DNA from: Eledone cirrhosa
Taxonomy: Eukaryota
Direction of reading: 5' to 3'
Assembly: GCA_964016885.1 (NCBI GenBank)
Contig: OZ024741.1
Span: forward strand, 206,646,001 to 206,710,000
Length of the DNA: 64,000 nt
A program made the position numbers and the translations under genes. How positions within the stretch are numbered: the first letter of the stretch is position 1; each line of letters starts with the position of its first letter. Below are positions 1-13,718 of this stretch, one piece after another. The notes beneath the pieces were generated by a model. The model saw nothing but the letters and a program-made list of their open reading frames with translations. It did no database searches and was not told the DNA's origin.

Positions 1-396
1 GATGTAAGAATGATTTGTTCTCGCTCTCATGTCAACCAGGAAGGTACATGAAATGGCTATGATGCGTTCTCCTCTCACTAGCTAGAGACAATATATGTTC
101 ATTTTGTTATTTGTTAAATTGTTGATTTCATAGAGATATGAGGCGGTGGTCAGCGGCTGCGCATCCTTCAAGAATAGTGGATATATCATCAGAATTACAG
201 TGGGAGGAGACGGGCAGGGTTTTGTCGATTGAAGTATTGATGGTGCTTTTAAATGATACACTATTAGTGAAAACAAACTTGATACTATCAAAAACTATGT
301 GAAGAAGCCCGAGGAGTATTCAACAGTCTTAGCACCAAATGTATAAATATATGTAAATATAATTATGTATATGTGTTCATATAAATGTATATGTAT

Positions 397-1100
397 TATA
401 AGAGCTACCACACTTTTTCCTGGACCTCACATAAAATTCTATATGTACTTGTAGCTTAATTGCTATGAATTAATGTTTTGTCTCTACTGGAGAGCATTTG
501 GCTTGTGACAGACGTTGTGACTCAGGGCGGACTGTAGAACCGCTGGTAGTGTCCATCGTTTGTATATTTATTTAATACTTTTTACGGTTTCCCTTTAAAA
601 AATTGTTTTTTTTTATCGTTGTCTTGTCGTCTCTCTGTTAGTTGTTTTAAATATATCAATACTAATGTGACGTACGTGTTTTGGCTGCGTCCCTACTCCA
701 TTTATTGCAATGACTTACACATTTTGTAACACATCTTACTTTCTTCTTGCTGCTTTTTCTTTGCTTTTCTTTTTCATTCATGATTCTCGTGCTATAAGAG
801 GCACCACACATTTTCCTTGACGTCACATAAAATTCTATGTGTACTTGTAGCTTAATTGCTATAAACTAATCTTTTGTCTCTTACACCACAGGACAACGTT
901 TGGCTTGTGTCAGATGCTGTGATCCCGGGTGGGCAAGCTATACTATTGGTAATGGTCGAAACAGCCAAAGTCCACCTCAACGACCGATTACACTGGAGTT
1001 CTGTGTCCTTCGTTTTTACAACAATAATTTTTTAGGCTTCTCCTTAAAAAATTATTTTTCGTTCGTTGTCTTGTCCTCTCTTTGTTAATTTTCTTAAGTT
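397..1100. repeat. Diverged ~396-bp tandem duplication of an unclassified interspersed repeat
   Basis: tataagag..accacac..tcacataaaattctat.tgtacttgtagcttaattgctat occurs at 397 and 793, followed by similar ggcttgtg.caga and cgttgtcttgtc blocks. Confidence 0.6.
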
Positions 1101-1101
1101 T

Positions 1102-1167
<66 letters not shown>

Positions 1168-1441
1168 GCAGGCCGCCCAGCCAGTGGGATGGCGTTATCT
1201 TATGGCTAAAACAGCACGACGTGCTCTGACCAGCAGCGCCGATTGGCGCCCGGCAGACTGGTCGGTCAAGGTGATATATATATATATAGAGAGATAGATA
1301 TATATGTATATATGTATTTAAATTTCGTATATCTAAAAAAATACGGTGTGTTTATAAATAAACATTTAGGAAGCCGTAGCTTTGCAAAAACACTGGCAGG
1401 TAAAGCCACCGAGCGGTGTCCACCAGAAGCAAGGGGGGCAG

Positions 1442-1483
1442 TCGTCGATGCATTTCGAACTTGGCTGGTTCTCGCCAGGACGA
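1442..1483 (-). ncRNA. Minimal type I hammerhead ribozyme-like motif (A6G core variant)
   Basis: Minus strand reads TCGTC-CTGGCGA-GAAC(cagccaa)GTTC-GAAA-TGCA-TC-GACGA, with paired stems I and II and palindromic stem III. Confidence 0.6.
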
Positions 1484-1609
1484 TCTCTCCCACTTTTGCA
1501 ACTGCTGGACCTTGAAAACAGGCGAGAATATATACTATTCTCGTCTGTGAAAATGAGGTTATTAATCTCATTTGCATATGAAGCTGCATAAGTTGGCTCA
1601 ACTTATAAT

Positions 1610-1789
1610 TGTTTTTACTTTAGGCACAAGGCCAGCAATTACCCAGTGCATTACTGGTCCTTTATTTTATCGACCCCGTAAGGATGAAAGGCAAAGTCAA
1701 CCTCGGCGGGATTTGAACTCAGATCGTAAAGGGACGTAACTATGCTGGAAAGCATGGCGTCCGACCCTCTACCGATAGTGCCAATCCAC
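1610..1789 (-). mobile_element. tRNA-derived SINE (octopus-type, Nin/Deu-like core)
   Basis: A box TGGCACTATCGG, B box GAGTTCAAATCC, core gcctttcatccttacggggtcgataaaat; 13-bp TSD ctcaacttataat at 1597-1609 and 1790-1802. Confidence 0.9.
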
Positions 1790-2149
1790 CTCAACTTATA
1801 ATAGAATAGAAATAGGATTTAGCTTCAAGTATAGCTGTATACAGATATGTATAGAAATTTCGTATTTCTAAATAAACACGGTATGTTCATAAATAAACAT
1901 TTAGATAGCCGTAGCTATGCAAAAACACTGGCAACTAACGCCACATAGTGGTGTCCAGCAGAAGCAAGGGGGACAATCTTTGATGCGTGGCATTAGCTGC
2001 CAGTGTTTTTGCATAGCTACAGCTTTCTGTAGAAATACAAAATTCAAATACATATTTGTATACAGCTATGTTCGAAGCTAAATTCTAATTCTATTCTATT
2101 ATAGGTTGAGCCAACTGATACAGCTACATATGCAGATGAGATTACACAC

Positions 2150-2305
2150 CACACTAGGTATTATCAGGAGACAATGAGTTCATGGGTCTCATCTGTGAAC
2201 GTGCCTGCAAAATAAAAGCGGGTTTGAAAAGTCACCTGCATGCATATTATCGCACAATGTTCAATGAAGGGATGGCAATCTTCTGACAAGAAGTTGTAAT
2301 CAGCA
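2150..2305 (+). mobile_element. 3' end of an RTE-like LINE (C-terminal zinc-finger remnant)
   Basis: Translates LICERACKIKAGLKSHLHAY from ~2185, resembling the RTE ORF2 terminal CxxC..AGLxSH motif; ends in (TA)n. Confidence 0.5.
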
Positions 2306-3084
2306 TATATATATATATATATATGTATATGATGCAATGCTGATTCTTTGTTTCCTAATTATTACCATATATGGTAATACATAATGATCGTTGATCTCGA
2401 AAAGAGTGATGTAAGCGAAAGCAAGTAAAGTATTCATCTGAATAAACATTAGGATATGAATATTATATATGACTATAGCGAAGATAGGAAACATCTGCAA
2501 GGTTTTACAAATGTGTTAAGATGCGTCACGTTAATAAGATTTAGTTTCAGTATATAAAAATGAGCAATGAATGATGGAGACCATGGCTGTAAGCTAAATT
2601 ATATACCTTCGTAGTAGGCTCCTTCCTAGATTGCTTATTTTATATATAAAAGATGCAATATTTAGCAACACTAAGGTATTTTAGGAAAGGTGTGATATGT
2701 CCAATACACGCATACACACACACACGATGTACATACATACATACATATTTTTGTCTCGTTTCGTCCGTAAGACAAGCATCTTTTCACCAGCCGATCTAGT
2801 ACGGCTTATGTCTATTACTAATAACAGGAAAATTGTTGCCGACGAAACTTGTTTCTTCAAACAAAAGAGTGGCATCTCTTTTAAGTAATATTATTTCCGT
2901 TGATGCAAATAGAAAGAGTGCCTTATGCAGAAGCAGTTTGAGCAGATCCATTTAGAACCTTTCTTTTTGCTAAACTTAATTAATACCAAAAACTGAACGT
3001 GCGACTGAGCTTTTAAAATCCTTTTTATGAACATAAGAATTCCGAAAATATTTCAATAAAGACACTTTCGAAATGAATAGGCAC

Positions 3085-3240
3085 ATGCATGGTTGCGTGG
3101 GTAAAATGTTCGATTTTCACCCATATACTTATGGTTCGATTCCACTGTGCGGCACCTTCGTTAACTGCCTTCATTGGCTTGACGAATAATTCGTGTATAG
3201 AAACTGGTAGACAAATTTTGCAGAAGCCCATCGTATATAT
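3085..3240 (+). mobile_element. Old tRNA-derived SINE of a second family
   Basis: A-box-like tggttgcgtggg, B-box ggttcgattcc, 3' ggtagac..gaagcccatcgtatat; diverged. Confidence 0.5.
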
Positions 3241-3244
3241 ACAA

Positions 3245-3284
<40 letters not shown>

Positions 3285-3393
3285 GATGGGCTTAATCAAC
3301 TAAACGCTGACGATAGTGTCCCTAGGATGGCAAGAGTTCAATCAAATTAACCAGTAAAAGATTAACAGAAGACAATAAAAGAACACAAATAAT

Positions 3394-3585
3394 GATTGTT
3401 TCTACGTTTGGCACAAGGCCAGCAATTACCCAGTGCATTACTGGTACTTTATTTTATCGACCCTGTAAGGATGAAAGGCAAAGTTAACCTCGGCAGGATT
3501 TGAACTGTGAATGGCAAGGACCGTAACTCTATACGTCAAAGCATGGCGTCCGACACTCTACCAATACTGCCAACCCACCGCCCTC
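3394..3585 (-). mobile_element. tRNA-derived SINE (same family as 1610)
   Basis: Same consensus; 20-bp TSD aataaaagaacacaaataat at 3374-3393 and 3590-3609. Confidence 0.88.
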
Positions 3586-3974
3586 AGAAAATAAAAGAAC
3601 ACAAATAATAATGAAGTGTGTGGGTATACTTCAAAGTAAAATTCTTTATTGAAAGCAAGTTCGTTAAAGTGTGTATAGTTGGTGCCGCATTGATTTTAAC
3701 CCCTAAAAATGTTAACATATTTGAAAATATCAATTTAGGAAGGGGAGCAGCTTTTGATGATATAACAAAAATGCCTAACTGTACTTAAGTTACCTTGAAA
3801 GAAGCAGTATAAGAATGTATATTTCATTCGATACCTGCAAATGAGGCAACAGATAACTAGCAATTACGGCATAATTGGTTGTATTCCTTTTCGATCGACT
3901 TTCGTCAAATCGGACCGAGGAAAAACAATGTTTCCGTTGGTCTTTCCAATTGCTAATACTATCTATCGGTCGCA

Positions 3975-4085
3975 ACTCCAGGTAGAAGGCGCAACGTGAA
4001 ATAAAGTGTCTTGCCCAAGGAGATAACGCATCGCCAGGTCCAGGAATCGAACCGACAACCCCACGATTGCGAATCCAATGCCTGC
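3975..4085 (-). mobile_element. CORE-type SINE fragment
   Basis: aagtgtcttgcccaagg CORE-like motif plus B box (ggttcgattcc on minus strand). Confidence 0.55.
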
Positions 4086-4514
4086 TTTAATATGTCGAGA
4101 TAATATATTTATAATCAGGTAATACTTCGATATTTACATTTGAAAATGTATTTTAACATTTTATAAATCCTATGTAGACATTAAGAAATATCTACTTTGA
4201 CGAATCATACATCGCTATGTTTTGAAGTTTATCAGTATAAACATGTTTTTACATTATATTTAGCCAAGAACTAGACTTATGGATAATATTAATCTCATAA
4301 ACAAAGAACTATTACTTCAAAAGCAAAGGAGAACCAACAATCTTATTAAGATGTTTCATTAAATTTCAAACATGTGCTGTGAAACCTTTCGTGCTTTGGT
4401 ATCTAATGAATTATAAATATTCGGTTAATTAGTATGTTATAGCATCTCGTTAATTAATACATTAACTTATGTTGTTAATGAATATATCATAACATTTCAA
4501 TTAAGGCCGTTTAA

Positions 4515-5205
4515 TGTGCTATCTTACCGCCAGAGCGAGGGCCAGTTCCCCCGACACGCCACTCTTAAAGACATATTGAGACAGCTGGCTTTCCATCTCA
4601 ACCGGAGCCAGCAGGCGTAGACCGTGGAAATGGCAAGCGTCCCGACGGAATCACCCTCTTTCCATTCAAAGGAGGTAGATCCTTCTTCTGGGACGCAACC
4701 TGTTGCGACGCGTCCTCCTCCTCCAGCTTAGTCGCTTCGGCAACAAACCCCGGCATCGCAGCCCGCCTCGCAGAAGAACGTAAAGTAAAGAAATACCGGG
4801 GTTTGTCCGGCCGCTTCCTCTTCGCGCCGGCAGTCGTCGAGACCTCAGGAGTACTTGGACCTCGTGCAGCCGGGCTCCTCCGCTAGATCGGAGCGCCGGA
4901 GGCCCGTCTGAGGAGGGAGCCCCGCAAGGTTGGGTGGCTGTCACTGGCCATCGTCCGGGGGAAAGCTTTTGCCATCTTGTCAGTGAGACGCAGCACTTCT
5001 GCCCTGTTGCCCTAGGCCCAAAGCCCAATCACCCTCCCCTTCACTCCTTCCCTCTCTTCTGCGACACCAGAGCTCTTGCAATCCCCTCTCGTTCCCGTTA
5101 TTTTCCTTTTTTTTTCTTTTTTTCTATATTTCCCTATTCTTTCTTTCCTTTTGTTTCCCTTATTTTTTATTATATATATATTGATTTTATTATATATATA
5201 TATTG
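4515..5205 (+). mobile_element. 3' fragment of a CRE-clade non-LTR retrotransposon (restriction-like endonuclease pseudogene)
   Basis: Plus frame reads RH..LKDIL..AGFPSQPEPAGVDRGNGKRPDGITLFPFKGGRSFFWDATCCD...AEERKVKKY...VETSGVLG...SLAIVRG, the RLE motif set (RH, KRPDG, WD, KxxKY, ETxG); contains stops and frameshifts. Confidence 0.8.
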
Positions 5206-5446
5206 ATTTTATACCTAATTGTGTATGGTTGACGATATATTAAATCGATTTCCATGTGCTATTATAAACGGTGGGTAAATATTCTATAGCAGTTGATCGC
5301 GAATAGATAACTGTCGTTTATTTATCTATTATTTCTTCATAGGTGTCTTTTAATCTTGTTTAATTGTTTTTTTTGTGTGGTTGATTATGCTGATTGGGAG
5401 AGGAAATAATGTATATATTTTATCAAATGATTCTATGGGCATACTT

Positions 5447-5526
<80 letters not shown>

Positions 5527-5527
5527 T

Positions 5528-6085
5528 ACGATTTAGGATTGGTGCTCTGAAATAGCGATGCATACATGAATGTATGTATAGTATATTTGGCAATATACAG
5601 TATGTTTAATTAAAAAAATTAGAAGTCCATACGCTATCGGTTTTAAAGTAGTGACTATGTCTGTTTCACCAGAGCCACGCACCCCTTGCTTCTGCCGAAA
5701 ATTATAGAAGCTGGATTCTTATAGAATTCCAGTAATAATCAGGAGCTGATTATACAGAGCGATTACCGGTCCAGCAAAAGTTAGGTATTAGGATTGGTGC
5801 TGCGGTATATTGCCAAATATACTATACATTCATGTATGCATCGCTATTTCAGAGCACCAATCCTAATACCTAATTCTGTAACATTCCAGCTTCTATAATT
5901 TTCGGCGGAAGCAGCGGGTGCGTGGCTCTGATGATCGCCAACTAGTGTGAAACAGACTGTTAGCTGCTCTCCCGTCTTTCGCTGAAAAGAAGTAAGTGAC
6001 ATAGTCTCTACTTCAAGACCGATAGCGTATGGTCTTATAAATGTTTTTAGTTAAACATACGGTATATTGCCAAATACATTATACA
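5528..6085. repeat. Nested inverted/direct rearranged repeat between (TA)n tracts (PLE-terminus-like)
   Basis: 5533-5597 is inverted at 5805-5866; 5580-5715 is inverted at 5885-6076. Confidence 0.7.
5922..5967 (+). ncRNA. Type I hammerhead ribozyme motif
   Basis: GTGGCT-CTGATGA-tcgc(caacta)gtgt-GAAA-CAGaCTG-TT-AGCTGC. Confidence 0.65.
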
Positions 6086-6185
6086 TAAATATATATATAT
6101 ATATTTTAATTTACACGGCTCAGAAAAATTCCTTTCTTTGAGCTATTTAATTGTAAAAGATTATTTGAGTTTATAACTCTATATA

Positions 6186-6257
<72 letters not shown>

Positions 6258-6260
<3 letters not shown>

Positions 6261-6832
6261 AAAAATGGAGTGCTGCGTGGCTGCACATAGGTTACATATA
6301 AATAAAATTAGTCCTTGATCAGTGATCTTCCAACATTCATTGGTATTTCATCGCTTTAAAAATAATATACCTCTGGTTGGTGCGAGCAATAACTAAATAA
6401 AGTTATTGGGACAAGTAAAATAGGGTGAAGCGAGCGAGACATGTAAACAAACAAAGATGGTATTGCAACGGAAAGATAGGAAGAGGCAAGTACATGATAT
6501 CTATAAGCTTAAGCTTGGTGAAATCATGGACGAAATACAGACTATCCGACCTGGGTGAGATGTGAACGAGAAAAGGATTTCACACAGGTCAAACGGGAGG
6601 AAGTGAGAGAGGGGGAGAGGTAGAGAGTGAGTGAGTGGAAGTGTGAGGAAGAGGCCAGCGGAGAGAGAGTGTGACTGGCAGCGGGGGTAAAAAGAAGGTG
6701 AGAGATACTGAAAGCGGGGAAGCAGTAAGAAAAAAACAGACAGGTCGCAGCTGAGGAAAAAATATAAATATAAGAAAAAAGGAGTGCTGCGTGGTTGCAC
6801 ATGGGTTACATATGAATAAAATTAGTCCTTCA
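6258..6832 (-). mobile_element. Non-coding 1.1-mer repeat (514-bp period) in (TA)n; homologous to 8984-9891
   Basis: Terminal direct repeat 6258-6316 and 6772-6830; the reverse complement aligns with 9061-9250. Confidence 0.75.
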
Positions 6833-7821
6833 TATATATATATATACTTACACATACACACGAGCTGCTGGCCAAATAACTTTTGATATCAAGACATATG
6901 TAAAATCAATTAATGGTCAGTTCTTCAGTCTAAAGTCCCTAGGGAGACTGAGTCACCAAAAGTTTTTTGTACAAATTGGAAACATGTATGTATACATATA
7001 TATAAATCTCTATATATACATGTACACACATACACACACTACCAGATACCAGTGAGTGTAAAAGACTAAAGATCAATATTGAAAGGCTCTGGACGTGTAT
7101 ATTTCACTTTTTTTATTGGAGAAGATAAGCACGGTCGCTTGCATACTCTACTCTAAATAACAGTATACTATACATTCACAATTATTTAAAAAATCAATTA
7201 TAACATTCTGTATTAAGATTTAGTATTAATGTATACTGCTGGTAATATATACAGTATATATATACACTATAATTAGTAAAATATTACACATTTTTTCCGC
7301 AAAAGTTTTATTGCACTGTTTTGTTCTCACTTATGTAATTTTTGAAAATTTTATTTATTCATTATAAAAATTAAATGATAGCATTCTATATGTGGGTGGG
7401 CCTCCTTTATCTTCTGGCAACCAATATTTTTAGACCCAGTCCGCCACTGCGTAGAGGGATGCTTGATCTGCTATAAATAACGAGCAAATACCTGTCAAAA
7501 AGTTAAAAACATGGTTATGTAAAGTAATCCAAGTTGCCAATAGAAATAAGTTTGCTCTCTCAGAGCTAAATAATTCCAACTAATAATTTCAACTCCCAGA
7601 AACCGGGAGTTGCTCTCTTGCAACAAAAAGGAGATGAAGATATATAAATACCAGATATTAATAGCCAGGTTTTATTTCGTGCCTATCATTGTTGAAACCC
7701 TTCATGTCGCTGGTCACAGATTTGTCACCCTTATCCACCAAATTGTTGTCATCTTTTCATGGAACATAGCTTAGATAGATTGTTCAACGTATGTTTTGAG
7801 TGTTGATTTTGTTATGCATAA

Positions 7822-8110
7822 TTCTTCTTCTTCTTCTTCTTCTTCTTCTTCTGAGTGTGTCGTGGGGGAAGTATCCTCATACACGCCTTCCAGCGAGTCC
7901 CATTAGAAGCAATCGTCTCCAACTGATCCGGCCGGATCCCCAAGTGAGATCAGCCCAGCCAGACCCATGGATGGTATCCAACCATCTTGCTCAGGGTCTA
8001 CCCCTGGGTCTCCTGTCGGTTTGTTTTGCCCGTAAAATCTGTCCAACGATTCTTACCTAAGACATTCTAACCACATGCCCATAGGATCGGAGCTGTGATC
8101 TCTCAATTCA
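7822..8110 (-). mobile_element. RTE-clade LINE 3' fragment with (GAA)n tail
   Basis: Minus frame IERSQLRSYGHVVRM..RIVGQILRAK...RRPRGRP.ARWLDTI, typical of the RTE ORF2 C-terminus; (CTT)n at 7822-7851. Confidence 0.8.
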
Positions 8111-8868
8111 GCTCCCTCCAACCCTACTATTTTAAAAAAGAACACATTGTATACCGCTGTCCAAGATACATCTATTCTGAAGAAAATCGGGGATGGTCAC
8201 GTTTGGAAACACTTCTCATTATAGTTTTGCCGAATTAAGAAGTGAGCTAAAAAAGCGCAAATCTACCCAATAATGTTAATTAGTATACTATATACAAATT
8301 AAAGAGAAGTCTCAAGATCATTTGAAATAGCAACAATGCGGACACAGTGGATAATATCTACATATACCGATAAAAGTGTGATATTGTTCCGACTGGAACG
8401 CTTTTATCAAATTTATACTCCATCAAGTTCGAGTTGAAGCCAAACAACAATAACTGCATTAAACGGTATATTTCTTACCTCCGTTAGTCTTAACAAGCTG
8501 GCAATAATTTGATTATATGCTTACTGTTTCGTGAAAGATTTAATACGGTTGATGTCAAAGTTTAAGACAGAGAGAGAGAGGGAGAAATGAAGAAAGCAAG
8601 AAAGAGAGTACGGTGCCATTGTCTTTATTACCTGAATACATTTGCTTCATAAATGTCAATTATGAACTCTTCGTTCTGGTTACGTACGCTTTTGGACTCA
8701 ACATATATCGCCAACACCCTTGTGAGACACTATGTACGATACACCATAATTATGTTGTGTCGAATGATAGAAACATCTCAACAGGAACTGAAGAGTGTGA
8801 CCTGAACACCGGAAGTATCTTATCAAAGATCTTACCATTAATCTATAATATAGTACATGATATTATAT

Positions 8869-9914
<1,046 letters not shown>

Positions 9915-9919
<5 letters not shown>

Positions 9920-10745
9920 AACTATAGATGTTATGTTTGAGAAAACCTCAAACATGTGCCATATCACATGTAGGAACAGCTCAAAGAAAGATTCCAAGGA
10001 ATAAATCCGATCATTTATTATAAAAGGTCGATTGACATATATGTAAAGGAACACATCAAAACATTAACAGGAAATAATCTATAAAGAATGTAAGAACACA
10101 TGGTTCCATACGGTAACATATTACAATTTAACAAAGACTTCAAATATAGATAACTGGCAATAACTATTTATATTTCAAGACCAATAAAAGAATATGAACG
10201 AAAGAGTATAAATAATTATTGTTCAGATTTATTCCTTGGAATCTTTCTTTGAGCTTTTCCCACAGGTGATTTGGATAGCGCATGTTTGAGATGTTCTCAA
10301 GCATGACATCTATATTTTTGAATTTAATATAAACATACTTCTAAATATTTTTTTAGTAGAGCTTTATACAGTTGAAAGGTTTTGGCTTCTATTTCTAGCT
10401 GCCAATAAACCTATATTCACGTCACTGAGACAACGATAAGTCGTGCGGGATTTTCAAAAACCCACGTGTCTTTCGTCAGTCCCTGATTTGTATCATGCGT
10501 GTAAGTTCAGATAGCTCAATTTCTCCTTCGCTGACGATCCTAGATTGACTTTTGAACAGCTCTATTGGTGAAACATATTTCAAGAGCAATAAAGGAATAA
10601 GTATGAAGGCGTATAAATAATTTCTGCCAGGTAGCACTATTTGAAGTTTTTGGGAACTATGTGTTCATACATTCTTTACAGCCTATTTCTTGTTAATGTT
10701 TGATATGTTATTTCATATATATGTGAATGAATATTTTATATATAT
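9915..10745. repeat. Fold-back repeat with degenerate hammerhead (10525-10587)
   Basis: 9915-10020 is inverted at 10211-10322; CTGACGA at 10531 ... GAAA-CATATT-TC at 10570-10581. Confidence 0.55.
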
Positions 10746-12186
10746 AACACCACTGCTATAGTTAGTAGTAATCAGCCAATGCTATCTTACAATGACAGGT
10801 TAATAAGTTGAGGACAAACATACTAAAAAACTAATACGAAATATTAATTCAGAATACTAATACATAAATACTAATACAAGAATACTAATGCAAAAATACC
10901 ACTAAGAAATTTAGAAATCACGGAAATGGAGCAGCAACCAGAAAGAAAGCAAATATTTGGGGTCTAACACATCTACTATAACAAGCGAAATCGGCCAATT
11001 CTATCTTAAAATTAGGGGTAGGGGTTACTGAGGCTACAGAGGACCGATGGGCTGCATCGGGGTGGGCGAAAAGGTGAAAAAAGAAGGACCAACTCCTAAA
11101 CAAGATAGACGAACTGGTAACTGCATGCAAACACAGATTGCGTAGGACTTACCTCGCCCTCAAACCCCATAATGACCCGGGGGGGGGGGTAGACAAGGAC
11201 TGAAACACCTCACTTGCCGTGACTTTTTTTTTTATCTTCTCCGCTATAATTCCTTCTCCCCCCCCCCCATCTCTTCCTAGTCCTTCCACTCCAGTTCTTC
11301 CTTGTCTTTTTTTTTTCACCTTTTCGCCCACCCCGATGCAGCCCATCGGTCCTCTGTAGCCTCAGTACCCCCACCCACCTAATTTTAAGATAGAATTGGC
11401 CGATTACGCTTTTTATAGCAGATGTGTTAGACCCCAGATAATTGCTTTCTTTCTGGTTGCTGCTCCATTTCCGTGATTTCTAAATTTCTTAGTGGTATTT
11501 TTGCATTGGTATTCTTGTATTAGTATTTATGTATTAATATTTCGTATTAGTTTTTTAGTATGTTTGTCCTCAACTTACTAACCTGTCATTGTAAGATGGC
11601 ATTGGCTGATTACTACTAACTATAGCAGTGGTGTTAGACCCCCTGTAAAGATGGCTTTCACTACAATCTCGTATTTAGTATTTTTCTCCACCTATTAAAC
11701 TTTTCTATAGCTTAGCAATACAAATGAGAGATTTGGTGATTGTGGGGCTGGAGTAGTAACCAGAAATTGCTTTTTATATATTTATTTCCTCATTTTTATA
11801 ATGGCTTTTTTGTTTACTCCCTTTCGATTTACCTATTCTTTCAACTCCCCCTCCCCTTCTCCAGTACACTTTTTTCGACCTTCTATACACTATCCTTAGA
11901 ATCTACTGTATAGATTTCACTTTCAACGCTTGACTGGGTTTCCCCCACTCCCTCTTTGTTCTACCGGCAAGTTCAGCTACCCATAACTCCCACTAAATGC
12001 CAAAATAGCATCATCTGTCTTTACAACAAACTTTTGACCAATCCTTTTGACAATTACTATCTTCCGATATATGGAATTACCCCCTGAGAAGTTCGGCTAT
12101 TTATTTACCAGGCTAAAAATTCTTATTTAGTCCAGAATTAGCGTCGAAACGGCTTAAGCTCTGCCGTCGGGGTCATACTTGTTCCT
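10745..12186 (+). mobile_element. Non-autonomous PLE-like element with 5' inversion and 3' hammerhead
   Basis: 10745-11088 is inverted at 11305-11638; hammerhead-like motif just before the terminal (TA)n. Confidence 0.6.
12079..12173 (+). ncRNA. Type I hammerhead-like motif with long stem II (core CTGAGAA)
   Basis: ACCCC-CTGAGAA-long imperfect hairpin-GAAA-CGGC(9 nt)GCCG-TC-GGGGT; GUC triplet; C3/A8 mismatch. Confidence 0.6.
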
Positions 12187-12202
12187 ATATATATATATAT
12201 AT

Positions 12203-12980
12203 ATGCGTAAAATTAATAAAACTTCATATATTAAAGTACAAAATGTACAGAAGAATAGTTGAAAGTGTTAAAATTAATTCCTTTCAAAACGAAATATACA
12301 CCGTATTTATCGTAGATCGCATCATTTAATTTGTTTACATTATGTTTAATTTAAATTGCATCTTCTACTATACTCTCTATTCTATAATAAATATATATTA
12401 TTTAATTGCTCACGTTGACAAACATATGCGTCTTTTACAAATTATACTAATCATTCCAGCATCCTGCCTGAAGGAGACATCATTGCTATAATAACATTCC
12501 TTGTGGCAATTATCTTGTAATGAGTAAAGAAAAATCTCGGAAATGCATTTTTTTATAATTGTTTCTATTTTAGGCACAAAGACAGCAATTACCCAGTACA
12601 TTAATTGTTTCTACTTTAGGCACAAGGCCCGCAATTATCCAGTGCATTACTGGTACTTTATTTTATCGACCCCGTAAGGATGAAAGGCAAAGTCAACCTC
12701 GGCGGGATTTGAACTCAGATCGTAAAGGGACGTAACTATGCTGGAAAGCATGGCGTCCGACCCTCTACCGATACTGCCAATCCACCGCGTAAGGATGAAA
12801 GGCAACGTTAACCTCGGCCGCATTTTTTAATAATATAATTATGTTGTCTGCAGTTATAACTAATGATTTCCCTAGTTAAGTTGTATCTGAATTAAATTTA
12901 CCTTAAATCTTCTTACATATATATATCAAAAATACAAGTATGAAAATGCATTAATATGAAGCCTTATTAATTTTACGCAT
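12203..12980. repeat. Element with ~30-bp terminal inverted repeats between (TA)n, containing SINE insertions
   Basis: atgcgtaaaattaataaaacttcatat at 12203 vs atatgaagccttattaattttacgcat ending at 12980. Confidence 0.5.
12558..12820 (-). mobile_element. SINE cluster (partial copy, full copy at 12603-12788, fragment)
   Basis: Same SINE consensus as 1610. Confidence 0.88.
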
Positions 12981-13105
12981 ATATATATATATATATATAG
13001 GGAGAGTAACGTGCAGTTACTGTAGGTTCACCCAGGTGAGCAGTCGATGTGTAGATTCACGTGTGTAACGAGGTGTAGAACTAAACAGAGTGTAAATATA
13101 ATAAT

Positions 13106-13452
13106 TGTTTCTACTTTTTGGCACAAGGCCAGCAATTATCACAGTGTATTACTGGTACTTTATTTAATCGTCCCCGTAAGGGTGAAAGGCAAAGTTAACC
13201 TCGGCGGGATACTAAACAGAGTGTAAATATAATAATGATTTCTACTTTAGGCACAAGGCCAGTAATTTTTTGTGGGGGAAAGTCGATTAAATCCACCCCA
13301 GTACATTACTAGTGCTATATTTTATCGACTTCTTAAGGATAAAAGGCAAAATAAACTCCGGCAGGATTCGAAATCAGATCGTAAAGGGCCGTAACTCTAT
13401 GCTGCAAAACATGGTGTCCGACGTTCTACCGATACTGCCAATCCACCACCGT
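13106..13452 (-). mobile_element. Two SINE copies inserted successively at the same site
   Basis: Target (ctaaaca)gagtgtaaatataataat is repeated at 13081, 13212 and 13453. Confidence 0.85.
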
Positions 13453-13562
13453 GAGTGTAAATATAATAATAAAAGGACGATTTGTTATGCCTTCATTACG
13501 TTTATTGAGTAGTGACGCCCGTTTCGCTATTGATCAGCTATTACCTTTATAGATTTCGGATA

Positions 13563-13718
13563 TGTTTTCTCCTAATCAGAAGATAACTGCTCTTATGATT
13601 CTGTCTAGAGAGAAATCTTATTACAGCGACGTGATTGATGTCAAGCTGGTTGTAGCATGGTCTGTATATGCTTGGCAACGAATCACATAAGTAATTATCT
13701 TCTGATGAGGAGGAAATA
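13563..13718. repeat. MITE-like inverted repeat
   Basis: tttctcctaatcagaagataactgc vs gtaattatcttctgatgaggaggaaa. Confidence 0.45.

Noticed and set aside
1700-1790. tRNA gene
   Set aside because: The A/B boxes belong to a multi-copy SINE head with TSDs; no cloverleaf
4666-5028. 120-aa Arg-rich minus-strand ORF
   Set aside because: Antisense shadow of the CRE endonuclease remnant
13505-13550. Hammerhead-like fragments here and at 2755-2795, 18915-18950, 22255-22300, 30575-30625, 41785-41835 and 44590-44630
   Set aside because: Core or stems too degenerate to call; may be decayed copies
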